From Deltaproteobacteria bacterium (GTDB lineage: Bacteria; Myxococcota; Kuafuiibacteriia; Kuafuiibacteriales; Kuafuiibacteriaceae), in assembly GCA_040218735.1 (NCBI GenBank), contig JAVJQW010000019.1:32001-96000 (forward strand): DNA of 64,000 nucleotides. Reading direction: 5' to 3'. This document shows positions 18,579 through 27,896 of the stretch, in pieces (position 1 is the stretch's first letter; each line of letters begins with the position of its first letter). A model generated the notes under the pieces. The model was not told where the DNA came from, did not search any database, and worked only from the letters and a program-made list of their open reading frames with translations. Both the position numbers and the translations under genes were made by a program.

Positions 18579-19789
18579 GACGCCGCCGGCGAACGCGGCG
18601 CGAGGCGCTCCACGCGAGAGAGATCCGCGAGCGCATCCCGACAACGCTCCGCCTCGACGCGCAACGCACCGCGGAGCGCGATGACGTCGGGATCGTCGAT
18701 CGCGATCCGATCGAGCTGCGCGAGCATCGAACGCCGATCCGTGAGCGCGAGGATCCGACGCACCTCCGCCGTGAGCTCCCGCTCCGCGAGCCGCTGCGTC
18801 CCGAGCTCCACGAGCTCCCGCACCGCGCGCGGCCGGTACGCGGGCAACGTTCGACGCAGGCCCTTCGGACGCGAACGCCGCGAATCACGGAACGAAGGCG
18901 CGACCGCCGCGGGCGGCGACACCGCCGACTCCGAGCCACCGGAAGCCAACGCACCCGAAGCGGACTCCGAGCCGCCGAAAGCCAACGCACCCGAAGCGGA
19001 CTCCGAGCCACCGACGGCAACCGCACGCGACACCGACTCCGAGCCACCGGAAGCCAACGCACCCGAAGCGGACTCCGAGCCGCCGGACACGACCGCACGC
19101 GACGCCGACTCCGAGCTACCGGAAGCCACCGCAGCCGACGCCAACTCCGAGCCACCTGAAGCCAACGCACCCGAAGCGAACTCCGCGCCACCGACGGCAA
19201 CCGCACCCGAAGCGGACTCCGAGCCACCGACCACAACCGCACCCGACACCGACTCCACGCCGCCGGACGCAACCGCGCCCGACGCGGCTCCCGAACCTTC
19301 GTCCCCGGCCGCACCGGACGCGGCCGTCGGAACCTCGAACGCGGCCCCTTCGGACGGCGACGCGGCACTCGCGTCGAGCACGTGGCCGGGCCGCGACGAC
19401 TCGGCACCGCGTCGGCTCCCCGACGCCCGTGGGGGCACCGCCTCGCGTGCGCGTCGCGAGCGACCCGCCCCTTCGATCTCCGCTCCGCGCGACGACGGCT
19501 CTTCGGGTCCCGCCGCCCGCGCGATCTCCACCGCACCATCAACGGCCGGGCCGAGGGTCGGCGAGTGGGCCGGGACCGTTCGAACCGCGACGGGCTTCGG
19601 CGTACGCACCGACGTCCGCGACTGCACCAAGACCACGCCGCCTGCGATGACCATCGCAACCGCGAAGACCCACCGTCGCTGCGCGCCCCGGGCCTCGGGC
19701 GGCCCGCGACGCTCGATGCGCGCGAGCGCCTCCGGCGTCACCGGCTCGGACCGTCGCGCCGACTCGAACAACCGCTCCATCGGTGTCAT
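18536..19789 (-). CDS. Putative anti-sigma factor: single TM, long repeat linker, TPR-like end
   Basis: ATG overlaps ECF sigma TGA; TM WVFAVAMVIAGGVVLV; helical C-terminus. Confidence 0.65.
   Translation of the reverse strand: MTPMERLFESARRSEPVTPEALARIERRGPPEARGAQRRWVFAVAMVIAGGVVLVQSRTSVRTPKPVAVRTVPAHSPTLGPAVDGAVEIARAAGPEEPSSRGAEIEGAGRSRRAREAVPPRASGSRRGAESSRPGHVLDASAASPSEGAAFEVPTAASGAAGDEGSGAASGAVASGGVESVSGAVVVGGSESASGAVAVGGAEFASGALASGGSELASAAVASGSSESASRAVVSGGSESASGALASGGSESVSRAVAVGGSESASGALAFGGSESASGALASGGSESAVSPPAAVAPSFRDSRRSRPKGLRRTLPAYRPRAVRELVELGTQRLAERELTAEVRRILALTDRRSMLAQLDRIAIDDPDVIALRGALRVEAERCRDALADLSRVERLAPRSPAASYASRVRRWCVAAR
18926..19285 (-). repeat. Coding minisatellite, 10 x 36 bp (ASGALASGGSES)
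   Basis: Ten contiguous 36-bp units, in frame within the anti-sigma-like CDS. Confidence 0.9.
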
Positions 19790-20355
19790 CGCTCCGCCTC
19801 CAGCACCCGGGCGAGCTTCTTCTTCGCGCGGTGCAATCGCACCCAAACGACGTTCGGCTCCACCTCCAACAGCGCCGCGATCTCCGGCCCGGTGAGCCCT
19901 TCGATCTCGTGCAGGATCACCACGGTGCGCAGCCGCTCACTCAGGCGATCCAGCGCCCGGTACAACCGCGCCACGTCCTGCCTCCGCGCCGCGACGACCT
20001 CGGGATCGTCGCGCTCGTCCGCGAAGTCGAGCCCCTCGTCGGAGCGCCACCACCGCCCCCACCGCGCACGACGGCGCTCCCGGCGGACGACGTTCTCCGT
20101 GATGCGGAAGAGCCAGGTGGTGATCGGCGCGTCGCCCCGGAAGTCGGCGAGCCGCGGCCGCACCACGACGAAGACCTCGTGCACCAGGTCCTCGACGTCG
20201 AGCTCCGGACCGGCGAGGCGCCCCGCCCACCGCGCGACGTCGGCGGCGTGCGCGCGGTACAGGTCTTCGAGCGCCCACGCGACGGGCGCCTCCCGGGCTC
20301 GGGGGACAGCTGCGTCCACGAGGGCTCGTGCGTCGACCCCGCCCGAACCTTTCAC
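19786..20355 (-). CDS. ECF RNA polymerase sigma factor
   Basis: EDLVHEVF, F.GDA...TWLFRI, region 4 LHEIEGLTGPEIA.LL......VWVRLHRAKK; start GTG 20355 or 20319. Confidence 0.92.
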   Translation of the reverse strand: MKGSGGVDARALVDAAVPRAREAPVAWALEDLYRAHAADVARWAGRLAGPELDVEDLVHEVFVVVRPRLADFRGDAPITTWLFRITENVVRRERRRARWGRWWRSDEGLDFADERDDPEVVAARRQDVARLYRALDRLSERLRTVVILHEIEGLTGPEIAALLEVEPNVVWVRLHRAKKKLARVLEAER

Positions 20356-20393
20356 GCTTTTTTCAGGGTGGCCGATCCGGGCCGCGGAGCCAA

Positions 20394-20912
20394 TCAGTCC
20401 TGCGAGCGCTGCGCCCAGGTGAAGTAGAAGTTCGACACCAGGTTCCAGGCCATCGCGACGCCGATGCCCACCAGCTGCGCCGGGTACTTCCAGATGCCAA
20501 CGTCGTCGAGCTCGAACATCCGCACGAACATGGCGGAGAGGGCCACGAACGCCGCGAGCTGGATCACCAGCCCCACCAGGCTCACCACGTTGTAACGCAC
20601 CATCCGCGCGAGGAAGCCGGCGCTCGCCTGGGCGTTGCGGTCGGAGAACGTCCACGCGTTGTTGAGCAGGAAGTTCCAGATGATGCTCACCTCGATCGCG
20701 AGCGCCGAGCTGAGCGTGCTCTTCACCCCGAACACGGCGAGCGGTTGTTTCAACGCGGCCGCGACGCGCTCGTCGACGTGCAGGACGTCCGCGAACAACC
20801 ACAGCATCCCGAGGTTGATGAACACCCCGGAGAATCCAACCGCCGCGAAGCGCCACAGGCGCGGCGACTTCAGTCGCTGGATGAAGTTCGCGAGCAAGGC
20901 CGCCCCCCGCAT
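20394..20912 (-). CDS. GtrA family protein
   Basis: RFAAVG.SG..IN, SIIWNFLLNNAWTF, WNLVSN..FTW. Confidence 0.88.
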   Translation of the reverse strand: MRGAALLANFIQRLKSPRLWRFAAVGFSGVFINLGMLWLFADVLHVDERVAAALKQPLAVFGVKSTLSSALAIEVSIIWNFLLNNAWTFSDRNAQASAGFLARMVRYNVVSLVGLVIQLAAFVALSAMFVRMFELDDVGIWKYPAQLVGIGVAMAWNLVSNFYFTWAQRSQD

Positions 20913-20978
20913 AGGTCGGTTCGCGCTCGCGCGCCAGTCCCACGACGGGCCGCGCGGTGATACCTTCGGAGCCGCCCC

Positions 20979-22361
20979 GTGAAGATCCTGTTTTCCGCCA
21001 AGACCTGGTTCTTCCTCTGCGCGCTGTTCATCTTCTACGCGACGACGATCCCTTGGGACATCGCCCACGCCCCCACCCTCGAAGGGATCTCCTGGATTCC
21101 CGGGTGGGATGCGAAGCGGGATCGCATCTGGTCGATCCCCGACATGGTGCAAAACGTCGTGCTGTTCGGCCCGTTCGGTTTCTTCGGCTTCGTCGGCCTC
21201 GGGTTCATCCGTCGGCGCGGCGCGATCGTCGGCGCGGTGGCGATGGGTTTCCTGGGGCTCGCGTTGTCCCTCTCCGTCGAAGCGCTCCAGACGATGAGCG
21301 CCACCCGCTCACCCTCCACGACGGACCTCCTCACCAACTTCCTGGGCGCGCTCGGCGGCGGCATCGCTGCGGCGATCTACGTCGTCCACCTCGAAGCGCG
21401 CCTCGTCCGCGCGCTCCGCGAGACGGCGCGCGAACGACCGGGCCTGTTGATCCTCCTCGCGTACTTCGCGGCCATTACCCTCGGCTCGCTCGCGCCGTTC
21501 ATCCCCACCCTCGACCTGTCTACGGTGTGGGAGAACGTGAAGGCCTTTCGTGCCGATCCGTGGGGCGCCAAACCGTTCGGCGCGCTCATCACCGATGGCC
21601 TCCTCTTCGGCGCGCTCGCGTACCTCACCGCGAAGGAGCTGCCCCCTTACCTGTCGAGCAAACGTTGGATGTTCAAGTCGCAGCCGATCGCGCCCGCGAG
21701 CGCCGCGATCTTTGCGTTTGTCCTCGTCTCCGCCCTCGCCCTCGCGCTCGAAGCCGCGCAGATGATCATCATCGGCCACAGCCCGGGCCTGCAGGACGCG
21801 GTCGTCGGGATGCTGCTCGCGGGCGTCGGCGCCGGGCTCGCCGCGGGCCTCCCCGGCGGGATTCGCCCCGCCACGGAGCTCGGCGAGCTCACGCGTCGGA
21901 CGCCGTGGTTGGTGCTCGCGTTTGCGATCCTCGCGCCCACGACGCGTGCGATGTCGCCGTTCATCTTCCAGACGGTCGGGCAGGGCCTGGAGGAGATCAC
22001 CGTGTGGCAGTGGGTGCCGTTCTGGGCGCTCTTTCAGAACATCAACGTGTCCACGTTCCGGAACGTCTTCGAAGCCGCCGCCTTCTACCTCCCCCTCGGC
22101 TACGCCGTGCACGCGCTCGGCCGTCGCCCGCGCGTGGGGTTCGTGGTGTGCCTCGTGCTCGGCGAGGCGCTCGAGCTGCTGCAGATCCCCGTGGTCGGCC
22201 GGGTCTTCGACATCACCGAAGGGCTCTACGCGGGCTTGATGGGACTCGTCGGGGCGTGGATCCTCACGTCACTGTCGACCCCCGACGCCCCGACGAGACC
22301 GGCGATGAACATCGACGACGCCAAGACGATCCCGCTGCAGGCCCCCCCGATCGCGCGATGA
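20979..22361 (+). CDS. VanZ-like multi-pass membrane protein (repeated VanZ domains)
   Basis: D.VQNVVLF.PFG, SLSVEALQ, DLLTN..G; later LELLQ....GRVFDITE. Confidence 0.8.
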   Translation: MKILFSAKTWFFLCALFIFYATTIPWDIAHAPTLEGISWIPGWDAKRDRIWSIPDMVQNVVLFGPFGFFGFVGLGFIRRRGAIVGAVAMGFLGLALSLSVEALQTMSATRSPSTTDLLTNFLGALGGGIAAAIYVVHLEARLVRALRETARERPGLLILLAYFAAITLGSLAPFIPTLDLSTVWENVKAFRADPWGAKPFGALITDGLLFGALAYLTAKELPPYLSSKRWMFKSQPIAPASAAIFAFVLVSALALALEAAQMIIIGHSPGLQDAVVGMLLAGVGAGLAAGLPGGIRPATELGELTRRTPWLVLAFAILAPTTRAMSPFIFQTVGQGLEEITVWQWVPFWALFQNINVSTFRNVFEAAAFYLPLGYAVHALGRRPRVGFVVCLVLGEALELLQIPVVGRVFDITEGLYAGLMGLVGAWILTSLSTPDAPTRPAMNIDDAKTIPLQAPPIAR

Positions 22362-23989
22362 CCGACGTCGACGACACGCAGACCCGCCAGGGCATCGGGC
22401 CCGGCTCCGTGGTCGACGGCCGCTACCGCGTCGTCGAGCGCCTCGGCGAGGGGGGCGTCGGCTCCGTCTTCGTCGTGGAGCACGAGCGCATGGCGAAGCG
22501 GATGGCGATGAAGATCCTCCGCCCCGAGCTCTCCGCGATCACCGAAGTCCAGGAGCGGTTCGAACGCGAAGCCCGCTCCGCGTCGCGCCTCGACGATCCG
22601 CGCATCGTCCGCGCCACCGACTTCGGCCGCGACGCCGGCGGACAGCTCTACTTCGTGATGGAGCTGGTCGACGGCAAGCCGTTGTCCGAAGCGCTGCGCG
22701 CGTCGATACCAAAAGACGAGGTGCTCGATGTCATCGACGACCTCCTCGGCGCGGTCGGCCACGCGCACGACTGCGACGTCATCCACCGCGACCTCAAACC
22801 CGACAACGTCATGGTCGTCGCGCCGGGCGGTCCGGTGCGCGTAAAGGTGCTCGACTTCGGCCTCGCGAAGATCACCGAGACCGGCGCCGACCAGACGCTC
22901 ACGCAGGCGGGCGCCGTGTTCGGGACGCCGCGTTACATGTCGCCCGAGCAGGCGGCGGCCGAGCCGGCGGATCATCGCGCGGATCTCTATGCGGTGGGCG
23001 TGATCCTCTACGAGGCGCTCGCGGGCCGCCCGCCGTTCACGGGCGCGAGCGCGATCGACGTGCTGCGCTCGCACATCACGCAGCCACCGCCGGCGATCGA
23101 CGATCTCCCCGCACCGCTGTCCGCGGTCGTGGAGCGCGCGCTCGCGAAGCGGCCCGGCGAACGGTTCCAGTCCGCGGCGGCCTTCGCCGAAGCGCTGCGC
23201 GCGGCGCGCGACACGAAGGCGGTCGCGCCCGCGCCCAAGACGAAGTCGATGCGCGCACCGGCGCCGCGTGAGCAGAGCCACGCCGTGGAGCCGAAGCAAC
23301 GTCACCCGTTGTTACTCGCTGGCATCGCGCTGTTCGGCGTGTTGGTCGCCGCGATGTTGATGATGGGCGGCGGCCCCGAGACGGTCGAGGCGGCGCTCGA
23401 CCGCGGCGACATCGCGGAGGCGCGCAAGGCCGCCGACCGCCTGGCCGCGGAGCACCCGAACGATCCCACGACGTACCTCGCGCTCGGCCACGTCGCACTC
23501 GCGGAGAAGGCGCCGAACCAGGCGCGCGACGCGTTTGCGAAGGCGCTCGACCTCGACCAGGAGATCGCGAGTGAGATCCGCTTCGCGACGACGATGATGA
23601 AGCTCGTCGAAACGGACACACCGCCGTCGAGCGACGTCGTGAAAGACATCGCCGCGACCGGCGGCCTCGGCTCGGTCCCGTTCCTCGCGGAGGTGTTCGC
23701 CAAGAGCCCGTCGGCGTCGGTGCGCCGCCGCGCCTACGCGGGCCTCGAACGCCTCGAGTCCGCCGCGCAGGCCCCGAAGCGCATCGCCACGCTGATCGAC
23801 GACCTCGCGAAGGTCCCCACCCGAAGCTGCGAAGTCCGCCGCTGGTACGTGCGGCGCCTCCTCGACATCGAGGACCCGAAGGTCGACGAAGCGATCGAAA
23901 GGGAGCGCAACCGCAGCGGCGCGCTCCCGTTCATCCCGGTGAACGGCTGCATGGAAAAAGAGCTCCGCGCCGGCGTCAAGAAAGAGTAG
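22358..23989 (+). CDS. Membrane Ser/Thr protein kinase with TPR-like C-terminus
   Basis: LGEGGVG, AMK, HRDLKPDN, DFG, GTPRYMSPEQ, TM; ATG overlaps upstream TGA. Confidence 0.93.
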   Translation: MTDVDDTQTRQGIGPGSVVDGRYRVVERLGEGGVGSVFVVEHERMAKRMAMKILRPELSAITEVQERFEREARSASRLDDPRIVRATDFGRDAGGQLYFVMELVDGKPLSEALRASIPKDEVLDVIDDLLGAVGHAHDCDVIHRDLKPDNVMVVAPGGPVRVKVLDFGLAKITETGADQTLTQAGAVFGTPRYMSPEQAAAEPADHRADLYAVGVILYEALAGRPPFTGASAIDVLRSHITQPPPAIDDLPAPLSAVVERALAKRPGERFQSAAAFAEALRAARDTKAVAPAPKTKSMRAPAPREQSHAVEPKQRHPLLLAGIALFGVLVAAMLMMGGGPETVEAALDRGDIAEARKAADRLAAEHPNDPTTYLALGHVALAEKAPNQARDAFAKALDLDQEIASEIRFATTMMKLVETDTPPSSDVVKDIAATGGLGSVPFLAEVFAKSPSASVRRRAYAGLERLESAAQAPKRIATLIDDLAKVPTRSCEVRRWYVRRLLDIEDPKVDEAIERERNRSGALPFIPVNGCMEKELRAGVKKE

Positions 23990-24127
23990 AGCCCGCAGCC
24001 GGCATTCACACTCCGCCGCCGCGGCAAAGTCGGAGCGCCTCTTCCTGCGAGCTGCAACCTGCCGCCTGCAGGCCCCGGCGGTAGCCCCTCGCCGACGCCG
24101 GGCGCGACCATCGCGCTGCGCCCGAAG

Positions 24128-24928
24128 CTACACGTCAGGCTTCTTCGCCCGCATCCCGATCCAGCCTTCGCCGTTGATCCACGGCGTCCGCTTCACCAGC
24201 GGGTGCAGCGCCGGGTCCGTGCGCAGCGGCTCCACCAACCCGGCGCGCTGCAACCAGGCATGCACCTCCGGCTCGCGGTACTGGTAGCGGTACGGCGTGT
24301 ACATCGCGTCGAGCACTTCGTAGCGGCGCAGCGGCGGGAAGCGCAGCAGGTCGAGCACCTTTCGCGTCGTCGTCTCGGGGATGATCTTGCGAAACGCACG
24401 AGCGCCCGGGATCAGGAATCCACTGAGTAGACCGCCCGCGCCGTACAGCCCGATCCACACGATGCCCCCCGGCTTGAGGATGCGGATCAGCTCGCGGAAG
24501 CCGCCCTCGGGATCCTCCGTGTGGTGCAGGACGCCGGCGGAGTAGACGACGTCGAACGTCGCGTCCTCGTACGGCAGCTCCAACACACTCGCGTGGCGCA
24601 GCTCCATCCGCTCCGCACGGTCCGGCGCGAAGCGCTCGACGAGCCTGCGCGTGTGCCCCAGCGCCTGCTCCGACAGGTCGACCCCGACCACGCGGCTCGC
24701 GCCTTCCAGCAACGACGTGTAGACCAACGCGCCGCCGCCGCACCCGGCGTCGAGGACGGCGGCGTCCTTCATGAAGCGGCCGACGGGCTCGGAGAGCTTG
24801 TAGTAGTCGAACCACATCCACTTGGCGAAGCGCTCGTATTCCTCGTCGGTAAAGAGCTCCCAAAGACCCCCGTACAGCTTCTGCGCGGCGTCTTCGTTTT
24901 CGGTCAGATTCAAGGTCGAGTCGGTCAC
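24128..24928 (-). CDS. Class I SAM-dependent methyltransferase
   Basis: VLDAGCGGG, GVDLS, FDVVYSAGVLHH, LKPGG. Confidence 0.92.
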   Translation of the reverse strand: MTDSTLNLTENEDAAQKLYGGLWELFTDEEYERFAKWMWFDYYKLSEPVGRFMKDAAVLDAGCGGGALVYTSLLEGASRVVGVDLSEQALGHTRRLVERFAPDRAERMELRHASVLELPYEDATFDVVYSAGVLHHTEDPEGGFRELIRILKPGGIVWIGLYGAGGLLSGFLIPGARAFRKIIPETTTRKVLDLLRFPPLRRYEVLDAMYTPYRYQYREPEVHAWLQRAGLVEPLRTDPALHPLVKRTPWINGEGWIGMRAKKPDV

Positions 24929-25029
24929 GAGAGCGGGAAGCCTAACCCGAGAATGGGGGACGGTCCCATGTGCGACCGAATTCTACGGGTGTTCATTCGA
25001 ACGCGATTTGTGAAAGACTAGGCCCGCCG

Positions 25030-26136
25030 ATGGTCGCGCCCAACCCGGCAATCGACGCGGTCCAACCTCAGCCCTGGGGCCGGAACTTCCTCGCGCGCCC
25101 CATCCCGCTCGCGCTCATCTTCGGCGCGTTCTTCTTCATGACGATTCCGCTGATCGTCCTGGAATCTGCGGGCGCGTTCGAAGGCTGGCGCCTCTCCCCC
25201 ACGTTCCTGTTCGTGGCGGTCTTCGGGATGAGCCACTTCCTCATCACGTTCCCGATCTACCTCAACAAGACGAACATCGAGCACTTCGTCAGCCGGCCGC
25301 GCTACTTCGTCCTGCACTTCGTGGTGCCCGTCGCGCTGATCGGCGTCATCGCGCTCGGCTACTACCTACAGACCTGGAACCGCGGTTACAGCGCCGTCGC
25401 CATCTTCGGGTTCTGGCTCTTCCTCGGGCTACGCGGGCTCGACTTCTACCACGTCGTCCGCCAGAGCTTCGGCGTCCTCGAGCTCACGAAGGGTCAAGCG
25501 AAGCTGAAGATCCCACCGCACACCAAGGTCATGGCGAAGGCCCTCTTCATGACGTTCTTCTGCCTGCAGATGCACACGTTCATGAACGGCAAGACGTTCA
25601 CGGCCGAACCGCTCTCCGTCGGGCTGTGCGTCCTCGCCGGCGCCCTCTTCCTCGGGCTCCTCGCCTACTACGTTCGAAACCTCCTGGCGGTCGACGCGGA
25701 GGACCGAAGCTACGCGCTGATCCCGATCGCGTACCTCGTCTGCCAAGGCAGCTGCGCCGCGCTCGCGGTGTGGCGCACCGAGTTCTACCTGGCCGCGCTC
25801 GGGATGCATTACATGGAGTACCACATCCTCATGCAGCCCCGCGTCTTCGCGCACCTCCGCGAAGACGAGTCCGTCGGCGATCGTCTGATGGGGATGTTCA
25901 AGCGCAACCAGTGGGTCTTCTACGTCGGCCTGATCGCGCTGAGCCTGTTCATCTACTGCGGCCCCCGCGTCGCGAACGGCTTCGAGCATCCGCTCGGCGG
26001 CAGCGGCTGGATCTACTGGGTCTTCGTCATCCAATCGATCATCGGCTCACTCCACTTCTACGTGGATTCACTGCTGTGGCGCTTCTCGAACCCCTTCTAC
26101 CGAAAGACGCTCGGCCCCCTCTACTTCACGGGATGA
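25030..26136 (+). CDS. Polytopic membrane protein with four His motifs
   Basis: Many TMs; MSHF, FYHVVRQSFGV, MHYMEY, LHFYVDSLLWR. Confidence 0.75.
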   Translation: MVAPNPAIDAVQPQPWGRNFLARPIPLALIFGAFFFMTIPLIVLESAGAFEGWRLSPTFLFVAVFGMSHFLITFPIYLNKTNIEHFVSRPRYFVLHFVVPVALIGVIALGYYLQTWNRGYSAVAIFGFWLFLGLRGLDFYHVVRQSFGVLELTKGQAKLKIPPHTKVMAKALFMTFFCLQMHTFMNGKTFTAEPLSVGLCVLAGALFLGLLAYYVRNLLAVDAEDRSYALIPIAYLVCQGSCAALAVWRTEFYLAALGMHYMEYHILMQPRVFAHLREDESVGDRLMGMFKRNQWVFYVGLIALSLFIYCGPRVANGFEHPLGGSGWIYWVFVIQSIIGSLHFYVDSLLWRFSNPFYRKTLGPLYFTG

Positions 26137-26200
26137 GACACACCTTTCGGGCCGTGTCATACAAGTTGATCGCTCGCGATCGGATCATTACGCTGCTGTC

Positions 26201-27379
26201 GTGCAGAGCAACGTTTGGTTGAGGTCGCGCGCCTACGACCTGTTCTTCCTCCACGCCGGCCTGTGGACGATGTTGATCGTGATTCCCCTCGCGGGGAACG
26301 ACGTCCTCAAACCGTTCCACTTCACGCTCGGCGTGCTCTTCTGGATCGGCCACCGCCTCGCGACCGCGTACCTCGCGTTCTGCCAGCAGGCGTATCAGGA
26401 GCTGCTCGTCGAACAACGCACACGCTTCGTCACGGTGCCGCTCGTGTTCACCGTCGTCGTGTTCGTGATGCTCCTGATCCCGGAGTCGATCCTCCCGATC
26501 CCGCTGTTGTACCGCGTGCTCCCGCTCGCCGTGCTCGACTTCGCCTGGGAGTTCTATCACTTCACGATGCAGCACTACGGCGTCGTGTCCGTGTACCGCA
26601 TTCGCGCGCAGCAAGATCCCGGCGCCGTCCAGGAGAAACGCCTCGAGAAGATCTTCTGCATGACCGTGTTCGGCGGCGGCATCCCCGCGGCCGTCGTCTA
26701 CCACTCGCTCGTCACGCTCTCCGCGAACAACGCCGACTTCATCGTCCCCGGCTGGGCCATCCAGACGTTCCGCTTCCTCGCGATCGCGTTTGCGCTCGGC
26801 TTCACCGCGCGCATGGTGATCAAGGAGCTGTCGATCGCCAACACGTCGATGCCGAAGATCATGTACATGATCGCCGTCGGCGTCCCGGTGTCGCTCGCGC
26901 TCATCCTCGACAGCATGGCGCCCGCGCTCCTCGTGCTCGCCATCCAGCACTGGCTCGTCGCGGTCGGCATCAGCGCGCACATGGCGTCGGGCACCGGCCC
27001 GGTCCGCAAGGCGCCGAACGCCTGGTACCGCTTCTGGGGCTTCGTGAACCGCACGCCGTTCCGCGTGCTCGTGGTGATGTGCATCTTCTCCGCGGTGCTC
27101 GCGCCGGTCATGGAGTTCTCGGACGTCGAGCGCCGACTCGCCGTGAAGACATGGCGCGGCATGTTCTCGCCGACGATGACCGAGCGCTCGTACGTGTACT
27201 GGGGCGAGATGTACCTCGACTGGTTCTCGGGCCTCGGCGAGCACACCGTCCTGATGTTCTTCGTCGCCGCGGGCTTCTCGTTCGGCTTCGTCCACTACCT
27301 GATGGACCGCGCGATCTTCCGCTTCTCGAACGCCGCCACGCGCCGGAGCAGCCTCCCCCTCCTCCTCGGCCGCGGCTGA
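26201..27379 (+). CDS. Polytopic membrane protein with four His motifs (paralog of upstream gene)
   Basis: IGHRLAT, FYHFTMQHYGV, IQHWL, VHYLMDRAIFRFSN. Confidence 0.75.
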   Translation: MQSNVWLRSRAYDLFFLHAGLWTMLIVIPLAGNDVLKPFHFTLGVLFWIGHRLATAYLAFCQQAYQELLVEQRTRFVTVPLVFTVVVFVMLLIPESILPIPLLYRVLPLAVLDFAWEFYHFTMQHYGVVSVYRIRAQQDPGAVQEKRLEKIFCMTVFGGGIPAAVVYHSLVTLSANNADFIVPGWAIQTFRFLAIAFALGFTARMVIKELSIANTSMPKIMYMIAVGVPVSLALILDSMAPALLVLAIQHWLVAVGISAHMASGTGPVRKAPNAWYRFWGFVNRTPFRVLVVMCIFSAVLAPVMEFSDVERRLAVKTWRGMFSPTMTERSYVYWGEMYLDWFSGLGEHTVLMFFVAAGFSFGFVHYLMDRAIFRFSNAATRRSSLPLLLGRG

Positions 27380-27846
27380 TGCCGCGCATGTTCCCGCTCC
27401 CTGGTGGCGTCCGACGCGACGCCGCCGTCGACGCGTGGTTCACGCCCCGCGGCGAGCTCGGCGCGATCGCGCGGCGCTGGTTCGAGGTCATGCGCGCGCA
27501 GGGCGACGACGTCGTGGAGCTGCTTCACGACGACCAACCCACCGCCTGCGTCGGCGACGCACCGTTCGCCTACGTGAACACGTTCAAGGCCCATGTGAAC
27601 GTCGGTTTCTTCCGCGGCACTGAGCTTTCAGATCCGGCCGGGCTCCTGGAGGGGACCGGTAAGTTCATGCGGCACGTGAAGTTGCGCCCCGAGCGCCCGA
27701 TCGACGAGGGCGCGCTGGACCACCCGGCCGGCGACGCGGCTGCGCCGCGCCCCCTGGGCACCTCGCTCGCTTCCTCCCTCACGGGAGAGCGCGAGCTCGA
27801 GCACCTCATCGCCGAGGCGTACGCCGAGCTGCGCGCCGCGCTCTGA
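27379..27846 (+). CDS. DUF1801/YdhG-like protein
   Basis: FAYVN.FKAHVNVGFF.G.EL.DP.GLLEGTGK.MRHVKL; ATG overlaps upstream TGA. Confidence 0.85.
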   Translation: MPRMFPLPGGVRRDAAVDAWFTPRGELGAIARRWFEVMRAQGDDVVELLHDDQPTACVGDAPFAYVNTFKAHVNVGFFRGTELSDPAGLLEGTGKFMRHVKLRPERPIDEGALDHPAGDAAAPRPLGTSLASSLTGERELEHLIAEAYAELRAAL

Positions 27847-27896
27847 CGGTCAGACGCTCGTACCCGCGCTCGATCTCAAGTAGTGTCGCAGGGTCC

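Noticed and set aside
18926-19285. 36-bp array as CRISPR or TIGR-type guide array
   Set aside because: Lies in frame inside a CDS, variation looks codon-like, no spacer structure or effector gene nearby
20717-20780. Extra loop in the GtrA protein as another palindromic insertion
   Set aside because: No clear hairpin or flanking duplication in the DNA
20957-23989. 1010-aa fused kinase ORF
   Set aside because: N-terminal half is an Arg-rich shadow frame over the VanZ-like gene; real start 22358
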